DNA from: Burkholderiales bacterium
GTDB lineage: Bacteria > Pseudomonadota > Gammaproteobacteria > Burkholderiales > SG8-39
NCBI GenBank assembly: GCA_035519135.1
Contig: DATIWX010000135.1
Location: 1,459-65,458, forward strand
Direction: 5' to 3'
Length of the DNA: 64,000 nucleotides
Positions 55,260 through 64,000 of the stretch are shown piece after piece. How positions within the stretch are numbered: the stretch's first letter is position 1; each line of letters opens with the position of its first letter. The translations under genes were made by a program, and so were the position numbers. The notes beneath the pieces are model-generated. The model was not told where the DNA came from and made no database searches. It saw only the letters and a list, made by a program, of their open reading frames with translations.

Positions 55260-55592
55260 TTACTTGGGCTCGCCCGACCAGTTGTATGCGTGGACCAGCC
55301 CTCGCTGGTCGAACTTGATCTGGAGAAGCTTGACGCGCGCGTTCCCCATGTCGGGAAGATTGCCCGCGCCATGGTAATAGGCCCATTCTTCATAACGCGT
55401 GCCGCTGCTCTCTACGGCCACTCCAACGGCGGTCGGGGCGCCGAGCCAGGCGCGAACCTCAGTCTGGGTGGTAACGCCGCGCTGAACGCGGGATTCGAAG
55501 GCTGCAAGATCGAAGTCCCGGCCTATCTGGACGCTCGCGCAGGCCGAGATCATCAGCAGCACCGGGAGAACAACGATGGCCGGACGCATCAT
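55260..55592 (-). CDS. SmpA/OmlA (BamE-like) outer membrane lipoprotein
   Basis: 110 aa with the lipobox LMISAC and ..GVTTQTEVRAWLGAP.. Confidence 0.7.
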   Translation of the reverse strand: MMRPAIVVLPVLLMISACASVQIGRDFDLAAFESRVQRGVTTQTEVRAWLGAPTAVGVAVESSGTRYEEWAYYHGAGNLPDMGNARVKLLQIKFDQRGLVHAYNWSGEPK

Positions 55593-55642
55593 GGTTTTTC
55601 AGCTTCCTGATCACTAGACTAGGTCAAAGGCAGGATGTCCCT

Positions 55643-55656
55643 TTGATGTGGATCAA
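55643..55656. promoter_or_regulatory. FNR/FixK-type box TTGATGTGGATCAA (perfect)
   Basis: Its centre is 57.5 bp upstream of the ATG at 55592. It overlaps the stop of the GNAT gene. Confidence 0.65.
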
Positions 55657-56189
55657 GCGCCCTGCAGGTCCCTGGAGATGCGCATGATGGTGGGGTCCTG
55701 CGGCGCCCGCTCCGCCTTGAAGCCGAGCGCGCGGACGAAGCGCAGCATCTCGGCGTTGGCAGAGAGGACGAAGCCCTCCATGCGCGCGAGGCCGCGCTCC
55801 TTCGCGGCGTGAATCAGATCCTCCATGAGGACCCCTGCAAGCCCGGTCTTGTGCCAGGCGTCGGCGATGACGATCCCGAGCTCGCAGATCCCGCCGGAAA
55901 GATTGGACACATAGCGCGCCTCGCCGACGATTTCCTCGCGCTCGCCGTGGCGCGCCGTGCACACCAGCGCCATGTGCAGGTCGTAGTCGATGTCGGTCAG
56001 GAAGTGAATGAGCTTGTCCGAAGGCGCGTGCACCCATTTCTGGAAACGCATGTACTTGCTCTCCCCGGACAGCTCGTCAAGGAACTCGCGCACAAGGGGC
56101 GCATCGTCCGGGCGTATCGGCCGTATCGTCACCGTCCTTCCGTCGAACAGGTGGTGCTCGCGTACGAGGTGCGCGGGATACTCAGCCAT
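55653..56189 (-). CDS. GNAT-family acetyltransferase (Pat-type C-terminal-domain-like)
   Basis: 178 aa with ..IRPIRPDDAPLVREFLDELSGESKYMRF.. It overlaps the upstream acyl-CoA ligase gene by 8 nt. Confidence 0.8.
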   Translation of the reverse strand: MAEYPAHLVREHHLFDGRTVTIRPIRPDDAPLVREFLDELSGESKYMRFQKWVHAPSDKLIHFLTDIDYDLHMALVCTARHGEREEIVGEARYVSNLSGGICELGIVIADAWHKTGLAGVLMEDLIHAAKERGLARMEGFVLSANAEMLRFVRALGFKAERAPQDPTIMRISRDLQGA

Positions 56190-57870
56190 GAAGGCGTGCG
56201 GCCTCTTCCTTCAGTTGCCGGTGCAGGATCTTGCCGATCGGCGTCTTGGGGAGCTGCTCGCGGAACTCGATGCGCTTGGGCAGCTTGTACCCGGTGAGAT
56301 GCCTCGCGCAGTGGGCGAGCAGGGCTTCGGCGGTGAGCGCGGGGTCCCTGCGCACGACGAAGAGCGCGACCACCTCGCCGCTGCGCTCGTCGGGCATGCC
56401 GACCGCGCCGGCGTCCCTGACCCCGGGATGCAGCATCGCGACTTCCTCGATCTCGGCAGGGTAGGCCTTGAAGCCCGACACCACCACGATGTCCTTCTTC
56501 CGGTCGCGGAACTCGACGTAGCCGCGCTCGTCCATGCGGCCCATGTCGCCCGTCTTCAGCCAGCCGTCCGCCGTGAACGCCCTGGCGGTTTCCGACGGCG
56601 CATTCCAGTAGCCGCGCATCACCTGCGGTCCGCGCACGCCGATCTCGCCGATTTCACCTGGAGCGACTTCCCTGCCGTCCTCGTCGAGAATCGTCACCTC
56701 GGTCGAGGGGAGGGGCAGCCCGAGCTTGCCGCTGAATTCCCGGGAATCGAAGCGGTTCGCGCACACGTTCGGCGAGGCCTCGGTGAGGCCGTAGCCTTCG
56801 ACCAGCGGTACGCCGGTCGCTTTCTGCCAGCGCTCGGCGACCGGGCGCTGCACGGCCATGCCGCCTGCGACCGCCAGCTTGAGCGTGCCGCGGCTCGACG
56901 CGGCCACCGCTTCGAATCCCGGAGCGTTCAGCAGCGCGTTGAACAAGGTGTTCACGCCGGTGATGGCGGTGAACCGGGTCTTCCGCAATTCCGCGACGAA
57001 GCCGGCGATGTCGCGCGGATTGACGATCAGCACGTTGCGCCCGCCCAGCTTCAAAAAGACGAGCAGGTTCGCAGTGAGAGCGAAGACATGGTAGAGCGGC
57101 AGCGCGGTGATCACCGTTTCCGCGCCTTCCGCGAGCGTCCCCCGGGCCCAGGCCGCGACCTGCTCGACATTGGCAACCACGCTGCCGTGCGTGAGAATCG
57201 CGCCCTTGGCGAGGCCGGTGGTGCCGCCGGTGTACTGGAGAAAGGCGATGTCGCCGGGGCCCACGCCGGCTTCGCCGAGCGCTTGCGCGGCGCCCTGCTC
57301 CAGCGCTTCGCGGAACCGGAGGGCCCCGGGCAGGCGCCAGCGGGGAACCATGCGCTTCAGATATTTGACCGCGAAATTCACGAGCCATCGCTTCGGCGAC
57401 GGAAACAGGTCGCCGACCCGGGTGGCAATGACGAAGCGCACCGCGGTTCCCGGGAGTGCCTCCTGCAGGGTGCGGGCGAAGTTCTCCAGGACGACGATGG
57501 CGGTCGCACCCGAATCGGCGAGCTGGTGCGCGAGCTCGCTCGCGGTATACAGCGGATTGACGTTGACCACCGTCAGGCCGGCGCGCAGCGCCCCGAACAG
57601 CGCCACGGGATATTGCAGGAGATTGGGGAGCATGATCGCGACGCGTTCTCCCCTTTGCAGCCGCAGGACTTGCTGCAGGTAGGCGCCGAAATCCCGGGAA
57701 AGCCCCTCCAGCTCCCCGTACGTGATCGACACGCCCATGCTGGAGAGGGCGGTCCGGTCGCGGAAGCGCGCGCAGCTCCGCCCGAGCAGCTCGCCCAGGG
57801 AACCGCAGGCCGGCGGGTCGATCTCGGCCGGCACTCCTTTAGGATAGGAATCCAGCCAGATCTTCTTCAT
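56182..57870 (-). CDS. long-chain fatty acid-CoA ligase (AMP-forming)
   Basis: 562 aa with ..LQYTGGTTGLAKGAILTH.., ..GYGLTE.. and the C-terminal ..LPKTPIGKILHR.. Confidence 0.9.
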   Translation of the reverse strand: MKKIWLDSYPKGVPAEIDPPACGSLGELLGRSCARFRDRTALSSMGVSITYGELEGLSRDFGAYLQQVLRLQRGERVAIMLPNLLQYPVALFGALRAGLTVVNVNPLYTASELAHQLADSGATAIVVLENFARTLQEALPGTAVRFVIATRVGDLFPSPKRWLVNFAVKYLKRMVPRWRLPGALRFREALEQGAAQALGEAGVGPGDIAFLQYTGGTTGLAKGAILTHGSVVANVEQVAAWARGTLAEGAETVITALPLYHVFALTANLLVFLKLGGRNVLIVNPRDIAGFVAELRKTRFTAITGVNTLFNALLNAPGFEAVAASSRGTLKLAVAGGMAVQRPVAERWQKATGVPLVEGYGLTEASPNVCANRFDSREFSGKLGLPLPSTEVTILDEDGREVAPGEIGEIGVRGPQVMRGYWNAPSETARAFTADGWLKTGDMGRMDERGYVEFRDRKKDIVVVSGFKAYPAEIEEVAMLHPGVRDAGAVGMPDERSGEVVALFVVRRDPALTAEALLAHCARHLTGYKLPKRIEFREQLPKTPIGKILHRQLKEEAARLHG

Positions 57871-57871
57871 G

Positions 57872-59767
57872 TCAGGGAACGGCCGAGAGCGGGCGCGCCG
57901 GGCTCGCCGCGGCCTTGGGCGCGTCCATCAGGCTCCGCAGCTCCTCCGCGGACAGTGTTTCCTGGCGCAGCAGGGACTCGGCGCCGCGCTCCAGCACCTC
58001 GCGCCTGCGCCCGAGTATCTCGAGCGCCGAATCGAGCGCCTGCTTCACGATGCCCCGGACCGCCAGGTCGATCTCGCGGGCGGTTTCCTCGCTGAATTGG
58101 CGCGTCGGTATCGCGCCGGCGACAGGGCCGAGAAACCCGGGCCGGGTGTCGTCGTAGGCGACGCTGCCGAGCCGGTCGTCCATTCCGAAGCGCATCACCA
58201 TGCTGCGCGCGATATCGGTCGCCTTGATCAGATCGTCGGCCGCGCCGGTGGAGAGGTTCCCGAAGACGAGCAACTCGGCGGCCCGGCCGCCGAGCAGCAC
58301 CGCCATCCTGTTCTGGAGCTCCTCGCGCGCCATGAGGTAGCGGTCTTCCGTCGGCCGCTGGATGGTGTAGCCGAGCGCGCTCACGCCGCGCGGGATGATC
58401 GAGATCTTGTGCACCGGGTCCACGCGCGGCAGGGTCATCGCGACGATGGCATGCCCCATCTCGTGATGGGCGACGGCTTTCCGCTCCTCGGGATTGAGCA
58501 GGCGGTTGCGCTTTTCCAGGCCGGCGACGATGCGCTCGATCGCGCCGGTGAAATCCGCCCGCTCGATCGCTGCCGCTCCCCGCCGCGTCGCGAGCAGCGC
58601 CGCCTCGTTGACCAGCGTGGCGAGATCTGCTCCCGAGAATCCCGGCGTGAGCGCGGCGATCTCCTCGGAGTCGACATTGGACGCGAGCCGGACCTTGCGC
58701 AGGTGCACGCGCAGGATCTGCACGCGGCCGCTCTTGTCGGGGCGGTCGACCAGCACCTGCCGGTCGAATCGCCCGGCGCGCAGCAGCGCCGGATCGAGGA
58801 TCTCCGGACGGTTGGTCGCGGCGAGCAACACCACGCCGCCGCTCGTGTCGAAGCCGTCCATCTCGGCGAGCAGCTGGTTGAGCGTCTGCTCTTTCTCGTC
58901 GTGGCCGCCGAGGACGAACGAGCTGCGCGCGCGGCCGAGGGCGTCGAGCTCGTCGATGAATATGATCGCCGGGGCGGCCTGGCGCGCCTGGTCGAAGAGG
59001 TCGCGCACGCGCGCCGCGCCCACGCCGACGAACATCTCGACGAATTCCGAGCCGCTGATGGAGAAGAACGGCACGCTCGCTTCTCCTGCGACCGCGCGCG
59101 CGAGCAGGGTCTTCCCCGTTCCGGGAGGGCCGACCAGCAGGATGCCCTTGGGCATGTGCGCCCCCAGGCGGCCGTAGGATTTCGGATCGCGCAGGAAGCT
59201 GATCACCTCCTTCAGCTCGTCCTTGGCCTCGTCGACGCCGGCGACGTCCTCGAAGGTGACCTTGGTGTCGGTCTCCATGTACACCTTGGCCTTGCTCTTG
59301 CCGACCGCGAACAGCCCGCCGCCCAGCCCCTGCTGTCCGGTCATGCGCTTCATCGCGAAGCTCCAGATGGCGAAGAACACGACGGCCGGAACGACCCAGG
59401 AGAGCAGCATCTGGAGCCATTTGCTCTCGGCGCGGCCGGAGAAGCGCACCTTCGCCGCCTCGAGGTCCTGGACGAGCGCCGGATCGTCGATCTTCAGGGT
59501 GGTGAAGGCGTGTTCCCCCGGCCCGAGTTGCTTGAGCCGATCGACGCTCTCGCGCGGGAGGACGGAGTCCAGCCCCTCGGCGTTCATCGTTCCGGTGATG
59601 AGCTGCTCGCCGAGCGCCACGTCCTTCACCTTGCCCGCCCTGACCAGGGCCTTGAAGTCGCTGTAGGCGAGGTCGCGCGCGGGACTGCCCAGGTACTCCT
59701 GCATCGCGACGATGACCAGCATCGCGACCACGAAGTACCAGAGGGAAAATTGATGCTTCTTTTCCAT
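57872..59767 (-). CDS. ftsH: ATP-dependent zinc metalloprotease FtsH
   Basis: 631 aa with Walker [12 protein letters not shown], the SRH, and the zinc motif HEMGHA. Confidence 0.92.
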   Translation of the reverse strand: MEKKHQFSLWYFVVAMLVIVAMQEYLGSPARDLAYSDFKALVRAGKVKDVALGEQLITGTMNAEGLDSVLPRESVDRLKQLGPGEHAFTTLKIDDPALVQDLEAAKVRFSGRAESKWLQMLLSWVVPAVVFFAIWSFAMKRMTGQQGLGGGLFAVGKSKAKVYMETDTKVTFEDVAGVDEAKDELKEVISFLRDPKSYGRLGAHMPKGILLVGPPGTGKTLLARAVAGEASVPFFSISGSEFVEMFVGVGAARVRDLFDQARQAAPAIIFIDELDALGRARSSFVLGGHDEKEQTLNQLLAEMDGFDTSGGVVLLAATNRPEILDPALLRAGRFDRQVLVDRPDKSGRVQILRVHLRKVRLASNVDSEEIAALTPGFSGADLATLVNEAALLATRRGAAAIERADFTGAIERIVAGLEKRNRLLNPEERKAVAHHEMGHAIVAMTLPRVDPVHKISIIPRGVSALGYTIQRPTEDRYLMAREELQNRMAVLLGGRAAELLVFGNLSTGAADDLIKATDIARSMVMRFGMDDRLGSVAYDDTRPGFLGPVAGAIPTRQFSEETAREIDLAVRGIVKQALDSALEILGRRREVLERGAESLLRQETLSAEELRSLMDAPKAAASPARPLSAVP

Positions 59768-59802
59768 GGGATCAAGACTAGGACCCTCGGCTCTCCCGGA
59801 GT

Positions 59803-59816
59803 TTGATCCAGGTCAA
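59803..59816. promoter_or_regulatory. FNR/FixK-type box TTGATCCAGGTCAA, centred between divergent ftsH and the Hsp70 gene
   Basis: Its centre is 42.5 bp from the ftsH ATG (59767) and 41.5 bp from the Hsp70 ATG (59851). -10-like hexamers TAGTCT (minus strand, 59775-59780) and TACAGT (59839-59844) are in register. Confidence 0.65.
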
Positions 59817-59850
59817 GCTCCCTTGCCTCGCGGGGTCATACAGTCAAAAC

Positions 59851-61674
59851 ATGGTGATCATCGGAATCGATCTTGGAACCTCCAACTCGGCGGCGGCGGT
59901 GCTGCGCGGTGGCCGCCCCGTCATGATCCCCAGCGCCGAAGGCGTGAGCCTGGGCGGCAAGGCCTTCCCGAGCTACGTCGCGATCACTGCCGATGGCAGC
60001 ATGCTCATCGGCGAGCCCGCACGGCGCCAGATGACGGCCAATCCCGAGGGCACGGCTGCCGCGTTCAAGCGGCAGATGGGCACGCGCCAGAGGATCCGCC
60101 TGCGCAACCGCGACTTCACGCCAGAAGAGCTTTCCGCGTTCCTTCTCGGCAAGATCAAGCGCGACGCGGAAGGCTTCCTCGGCGAGCCGGTCAAGGACGC
60201 GGTCGTCACTGTGCCCGCCTACTTCGACGACAACCAGCGCTCGGCGACGAAGGACGCTGCCACTATCGCGGGCCTCAACGTGGTGCGGCTGGTGAACGAG
60301 CCGACCGCGGCCTCGCTCGCGTACGGCCTGGATCGCCTTGCCCAGGAGCTGCGCATCGCGGTGATCGACCTGGGCGGCGGCACGCTCGATGTCACCGTCA
60401 TGGAGTTCGGGAAGGGTGTATTCGAGGTCAAGGCGACGAGCGGCGACACGCGCTTGGGCGGCACCGACATGAACCAGGCTATTTACGAACACCTCGCGCA
60501 GCGCTTCCGCGAGGCGAGCGGCATCGACGTGCACGCCGACCGCAAGGCCGCGGCGCGGCTGCTCGAGGCAGCCGAGATGGCGAAGATCGAGCTGTCGACC
60601 GGGACGACCTCTCACATCAGCCTGCCTTACATCGGCGCCGTCGCGGGCGAGACGAAGCATCTGGAACTGGACATGACCCGCGCTGAGATGGAGCGCGCGG
60701 TGCGCCCGGTGATCGAGCGCTGCCGGCGCCCGGTCGAGCAGGCGCTCGCCGACGCCGGCGTTACGCCGGAGAGAATCGACCGCATCGTTTTCGTCGGGGG
60801 GCCTACGCGCATGCCGATGGTGCGCCAGTTCTTCGAGGACCTTCTGCACCGCAAGGCCGAGATGGGCGTCGACCCGATGGAGTGCGTTGCCGCGGGGGCA
60901 GCGATCCAGGCGGGGGTGCTCTCCGGCGAAGTAAAGGACATCGTGCTCGTCGACGTGACGCCGCTCACGCTGGGTGTGGAGACGCTCGGCGGCGTGGCGA
61001 CGCCGCTCATCGCGCGCAATACGCCGGTGCCGGTGAAGAAGAGCGAGATCTTCACCACCGCCGCCGACATGCAGACCGCCGTCACCATCCACGTGTTCCA
61101 GGGTGAGCGGCCGATGTCACTGGACAACACGAGCCTCGGGGAATTCAACCTCGACGGCCTCGCGCCCGCCCCGCGCGGAATGCCCAAGATCGAGGTTACC
61201 TTCGACATCGACTCAAACGGAATCCTCAACGTCTCGGCGCGCGACAGCGCGACCGGGCGCGCGCAATCGATCCGCATCAGCGGCTCGACGCGCCTTCCCG
61301 AGGATGTGAAGAAGCGCATGGTCGACGAGGCCGAACGCTACGCGGAGGCGGACAAGAAGCGCCGCGAGGACGCCGATGCGCTGAATGCGGCGGATTCGAT
61401 GTGCTACCAGGCGGAGAAGACGCTTGCCGATTTCGGCGACAAGCTCACCGACGAGCTGAAGGGCCGCATCGAGGCGGCGCGCCGCGAGACGCGCGAGGCG
61501 ATCGCGAAGAAGGACGCCGCGCTCGCCAAGGAGAAGACCGAGAGGCTCGGAGCGCTCCTCAAGGAGGCGGGCGCCGTGATCTATGCGCAGCAGCCCGGCG
61601 CCGGCGTGTTCCGCGAGACCAAGGTGCCCTCGGGCGCGCGGGTCGTGGATGCGGACTACAGGGAAACGCGCTGA
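59851..61674 (+). CDS. Hsp70/DnaK-family chaperone (orphan paralogue; no grpE or dnaJ adjacent)
   Basis: 607 aa from MVIIGIDLGTSNSAAAV.. with ..DLGGGTLDVTV.. and ..VFVGGPTRMP.. Confidence 0.9.
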   Translation: MVIIGIDLGTSNSAAAVLRGGRPVMIPSAEGVSLGGKAFPSYVAITADGSMLIGEPARRQMTANPEGTAAAFKRQMGTRQRIRLRNRDFTPEELSAFLLGKIKRDAEGFLGEPVKDAVVTVPAYFDDNQRSATKDAATIAGLNVVRLVNEPTAASLAYGLDRLAQELRIAVIDLGGGTLDVTVMEFGKGVFEVKATSGDTRLGGTDMNQAIYEHLAQRFREASGIDVHADRKAAARLLEAAEMAKIELSTGTTSHISLPYIGAVAGETKHLELDMTRAEMERAVRPVIERCRRPVEQALADAGVTPERIDRIVFVGGPTRMPMVRQFFEDLLHRKAEMGVDPMECVAAGAAIQAGVLSGEVKDIVLVDVTPLTLGVETLGGVATPLIARNTPVPVKKSEIFTTAADMQTAVTIHVFQGERPMSLDNTSLGEFNLDGLAPAPRGMPKIEVTFDIDSNGILNVSARDSATGRAQSIRISGSTRLPEDVKKRMVDEAERYAEADKKRREDADALNAADSMCYQAEKTLADFGDKLTDELKGRIEAARRETREAIAKKDAALAKEKTERLGALLKEAGAVIYAQQPGAGVFRETKVPSGARVVDADYRETR

Positions 61675-61739
61675 GCAAAGGGTGTGAAGACTTTGGGACG
61701 GCCGTGCCGGCTGCCTGGCGGGCGGTGGCCGCATCGCGT

Positions 61740-62084
61740 TCAGCACGTCAGATGCAGCGCGGCGACGATTCGAGCCGACTCGCGCTGCAGTCGATTGAAC
61801 TCTTGCACTGCTTTCCCGCTGTCAGCGTCATGCAACCGGACGCGTTGCGCCTGTAGGTAGCGCCGCGTCTCGTCGGGGATGGCCATGCGGCCGTAATAGC
61901 CCGTGCCCACGACCAGGATCTCGGGCTTGGCTGCCATGATCTCTGCGAGATCGGCAACCGCCAAATTGTGGCTCTGTTATCTCCACCACGTGTCCACGAC
62001 GCGCTCGGGAGTGATGATCACGTCGGCGGTATAGGTCCGTCCGTCGATCTCGATTTCGCCGAAGCGGTAGCGGGTGATTTCCAC
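61740..62084 (-). pseudogene. Mth938-like (DUF498) domain gene interrupted by an in-frame TAA
   Basis: My translation is VEITRYRFGEIEIDGRTYTADVIITPERVVDTWWR*QSHNLAVADLAEIMAAKPEILVVGTGYYGRMAIP...AALHLTC. The stop codon is at 61977..61979. Confidence 0.6.
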
Positions 62085-62094
62085 GACGCCAAGC

Positions 62095-62652
62095 TCACAG
62101 CGAAGGTGCGTAGATCGAGAAGATCTCGCCCGGTCGGAGCACGGACGCCGCGACCGCCCTGCCCAGGACGTCGATCCGGACGAGCTTGTCCGGCGCCTTC
62201 AACCTCACCTTTCGATCGATCGCATCGGCCAGGTGTTGGATGATTTCTGCCGTGTGGTATTGGGCCCAGCCACGCTTCTCCACTTTCATTGCCCACGTCT
62301 CCTGCACACCGATGCGCGGCGCCACCTGCTGCTCGATCAACCGCCTGATCGCATCCAGATCTTTCTCGCACCAGTAGTCCACCGGCACCCACTTGATGGC
62401 GAAGCGGAACGACCCCGGCTCACTGTGGTACAGCTCCGCGCATTGGGCGATGACGTGGCGGTTGTCCAGGCCGCTGTGCACCACGCAAATCCCCGGAACG
62501 CCGCTCTTCTCGACGTGTGGCCGCGGATTGCCGAACCGCCCGAGAATGCGCACGAGCTCTTGCCTGGCGGCGCCGTAGTAGCCCCGGGGATAAGACACCA
62601 GCAGGTCCCACGCTCCGGCGCTCAGGCAGTCGACGCAATCGGCGTCCTTCAC
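62095..62652 (-). CDS. stand-alone THUMP-domain protein
   Basis: About 185 aa from a GTG at 62652, with AGGAG 9 nt upstream. Motifs are ..WDLLVSYPRGYYGAARQEL.. and ..AMKVEKRG.. Confidence 0.6.
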   Translation of the reverse strand: MKDADCVDCLSAGAWDLLVSYPRGYYGAARQELVRILGRFGNPRPHVEKSGVPGICVVHSGLDNRHVIAQCAELYHSEPGSFRFAIKWVPVDYWCEKDLDAIRRLIEQQVAPRIGVQETWAMKVEKRGWAQYHTAEIIQHLADAIDRKVRLKAPDKLVRIDVLGRAVAASVLRPGEIFSIYAPSL

Positions 62653-62653
62653 G

Positions 62654-63625
62654 TCAATGCGCTCCTGTCCTCGTAATCCATTCCACGATCTTCGGCCACA
62701 GCAGCGCGTGCGCGTTGCGGCCCACGAGAGGTCCGACGTGCTGCAGCGACACGCCGACGTCGCCCTCGTAATCGAGCACGGTCTTCTCGCGGCTCGCGGC
62801 GGCCTCGACGAATGGCAGCACCGCCCCGGGCGGTACCAGTGGGCAGCGCGGATCGACCACGCACAGCAGCGGCGCCGTGACGCGCTCTGGCGTTGCGCTG
62901 CGTCCGTTGATCTCGAGCGTGCCGCGCAGGAAGCGGTCCTCGCGCACGATCTGCGTCGCGAGATCGGCGACCAGCCGCCGCGGCAGCGCGAACTCGTCCA
63001 GCGCCCAGCGCTCCACCAGCCAATGCGTGCGCAGGCGCGCAGGATCGCCGGCGCTGAGCACCGCATCCAGCAGGCGCTCGGAGCCGAACACGCTGGGCGC
63101 CGCATTGACGCTTGCCGCGCTGAGAAAGGAGCCGGGCAGCGAATCGGGAAGATCGTCGGGGTCGAGATCCGCGACCATTGCGTTGAACACCGGCGTGTCG
63201 GCGCCGAAATGCAGCGGGGCGGCGAGCAACGCGAGGCCTTGCACGCGCTCGGGATGAAGCGTCGCGAAGATGGCGGCGAACAGCCCGCCGAGCGAATGCG
63301 CGAGCAGCACAGCGCGCTCGGCAGCCGCCGCGTCGAGGCAAGCGAGGATCAGACGCTCGGCGTAGTCGGCGAGACCGAATCGAGGCGGGGCAGGCTGCCA
63401 GTCGGCGAGGAGCACCCTCGCGCCCGCCGCGAGGCAGCGGCGCACTGCGCTCACTTCGGGCGCCAGGTCCCAGATGTAGGGCCGCTTGATCGGCGCCGGC
63501 ACGATGAGCACGAGCGGCCCGCCTTCCACGCCGCTGCCGTAGCAGCGCAGGCTCACGCCTGCGGCATTGAAGGTTTCCCGGTACGGCGCCTGGGCCGGCC
63601 CGACGCCGACTGCGTCGAGAAACAT
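62654..63625 (-). CDS. alpha/beta-fold hydrolase (class III PHA synthase-like fold, but with a Ser nucleophile)
   Basis: The nucleophile elbow is AHSLGG. The start is ambiguous: ATG at 63625 or TTG at 63676. Confidence 0.65.
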   Translation of the reverse strand: MFLDAVGVGPAQAPYRETFNAAGVSLRCYGSGVEGGPLVLIVPAPIKRPYIWDLAPEVSAVRRCLAAGARVLLADWQPAPPRFGLADYAERLILACLDAAAAERAVLLAHSLGGLFAAIFATLHPERVQGLALLAAPLHFGADTPVFNAMVADLDPDDLPDSLPGSFLSAASVNAAPSVFGSERLLDAVLSAGDPARLRTHWLVERWALDEFALPRRLVADLATQIVREDRFLRGTLEINGRSATPERVTAPLLCVVDPRCPLVPPGAVLPFVEAAASREKTVLDYEGDVGVSLQHVGPLVGRNAHALLWPKIVEWITRTGAH

Positions 63626-63683
63626 GCCTTGCGCGCGCCGCAGCCGGTCGAGCTGCTTGAAGATTGCCCAGTCCAAGGCGGGA

Positions 63684-64000
63684 TCAAGGCGAACGTGCGG
63701 TGGCGCGCGGACGCCGCTGCCGAGCCCGGCGTCGCCGCCTCGCTTCGAGCCGCGCGACGCAGCGGTCGCAATAGGCATCGCCCTTGACGTCGGTATCGGC
63801 GAGGCTGTTCGAGAAGTGCATGACGCAGCGGGGGTCGGAGCAATGGTCCAGGCCAAGGGTGTGGCCGAGCTCATGCACCGCTTCCTTGAGCAGACGCGCT
63901 CGGAAGAGCTCATCGTTGGCACCGAACAGCAGCCGTGCCGTCGACACCACGCAAGCGCCGCTTCTTGAGGCGATTCCAAAAACAAAATTGAGATCCGCGG
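63684..64000 (-). CDS. archaemetzincin-like zinc metallopeptidase, C-terminal part (the 5' end is outside the window)
   Basis: ..HELGHTLGLDHCSDPRCVMHFSNS..DAYCDRC.. combines HExxHxxGxxH with Cys4 motifs. Confidence 0.7.
   Translation of the reverse strand, partial: ADLNFVFGIASRSGACVVSTARLLFGANDELFRARLLKEAVHELGHTLGLDHCSDPRCVMHFSNSLADTDVKGDAYCDRCVARLEARRRRRARQRRPRATARSP

Noticed and set aside
62654-63676. The alpha/beta hydrolase as a class III PHA synthase (PhaC)
   Set aside because: The overall layout resembles PhaC, but the nucleophile elbow reads AHSLGG (Ser) instead of the G-x-C-x-G lipase box with Cys. No phaE, phasin or phaAB genes are adjacent.

Overview
By eye this is a very G+C-rich, gene-dense bacterial chromosomal segment, most likely from a proteobacterium. 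I support about 70 protein-coding genes. I saw no rRNA, tRNA, CRISPR array, transposase or integrase. The window opens with the tail of a cbb3 oxidase locus (ccoP, ccoG, fixH). It then runs through sensor kinases, an RND efflux operon, c-type cytochromes, a PaoABC-like molybdoenzyme operon, universal stress proteins, alanine and alcohol dehydrogenases, and RNA repair genes. The repair genes are polX-archease-rtcB in one operon and rtcA plus a DUF504 gene in another. Ribosome and proteostasis factors are also present: an HPF-cold-shock fusion, an ElaB/YqjD-like protein, a DksA/TraR-like protein, FtsH, and an orphan Hsp70. The window ends in an archaemetzincin/THUMP/Mth938-like cluster. The main result of the hunt is a repeated 14-bp palindrome, TTGAY-N4-RTCAA, which is the FNR/FixK/Anr-type 'anaerobox'. 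I read 12 good copies and 1 degenerate copy, every one in a promoter-proximal position. Together they tie most operons here into one putative low-oxygen (hypoxia/dormancy-like) regulon that unusually includes the RNA repair and ribosome hibernation genes. At five gene starts the box centre lies 41.5-42.5 bp from the ATG, no Shine-Dalgarno sequence is visible, and a -10-like hexamer sits in register. This suggests leaderless class II FNR promoters. Secondary observations: a chimeric ABC/OMP pseudogene, an Mth938-like gene with an in-frame TAA, an archease with no nearby canonical start codon, an ACP-ligase-acyltransferase fusion next to CapA, a cluster of Gly/Met/Pro-rich periplasmic proteins, and a lower-GC islet of membrane protein genes. 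All functional calls come from my own motif and family recognition on the translated ORFs. No database search was run.
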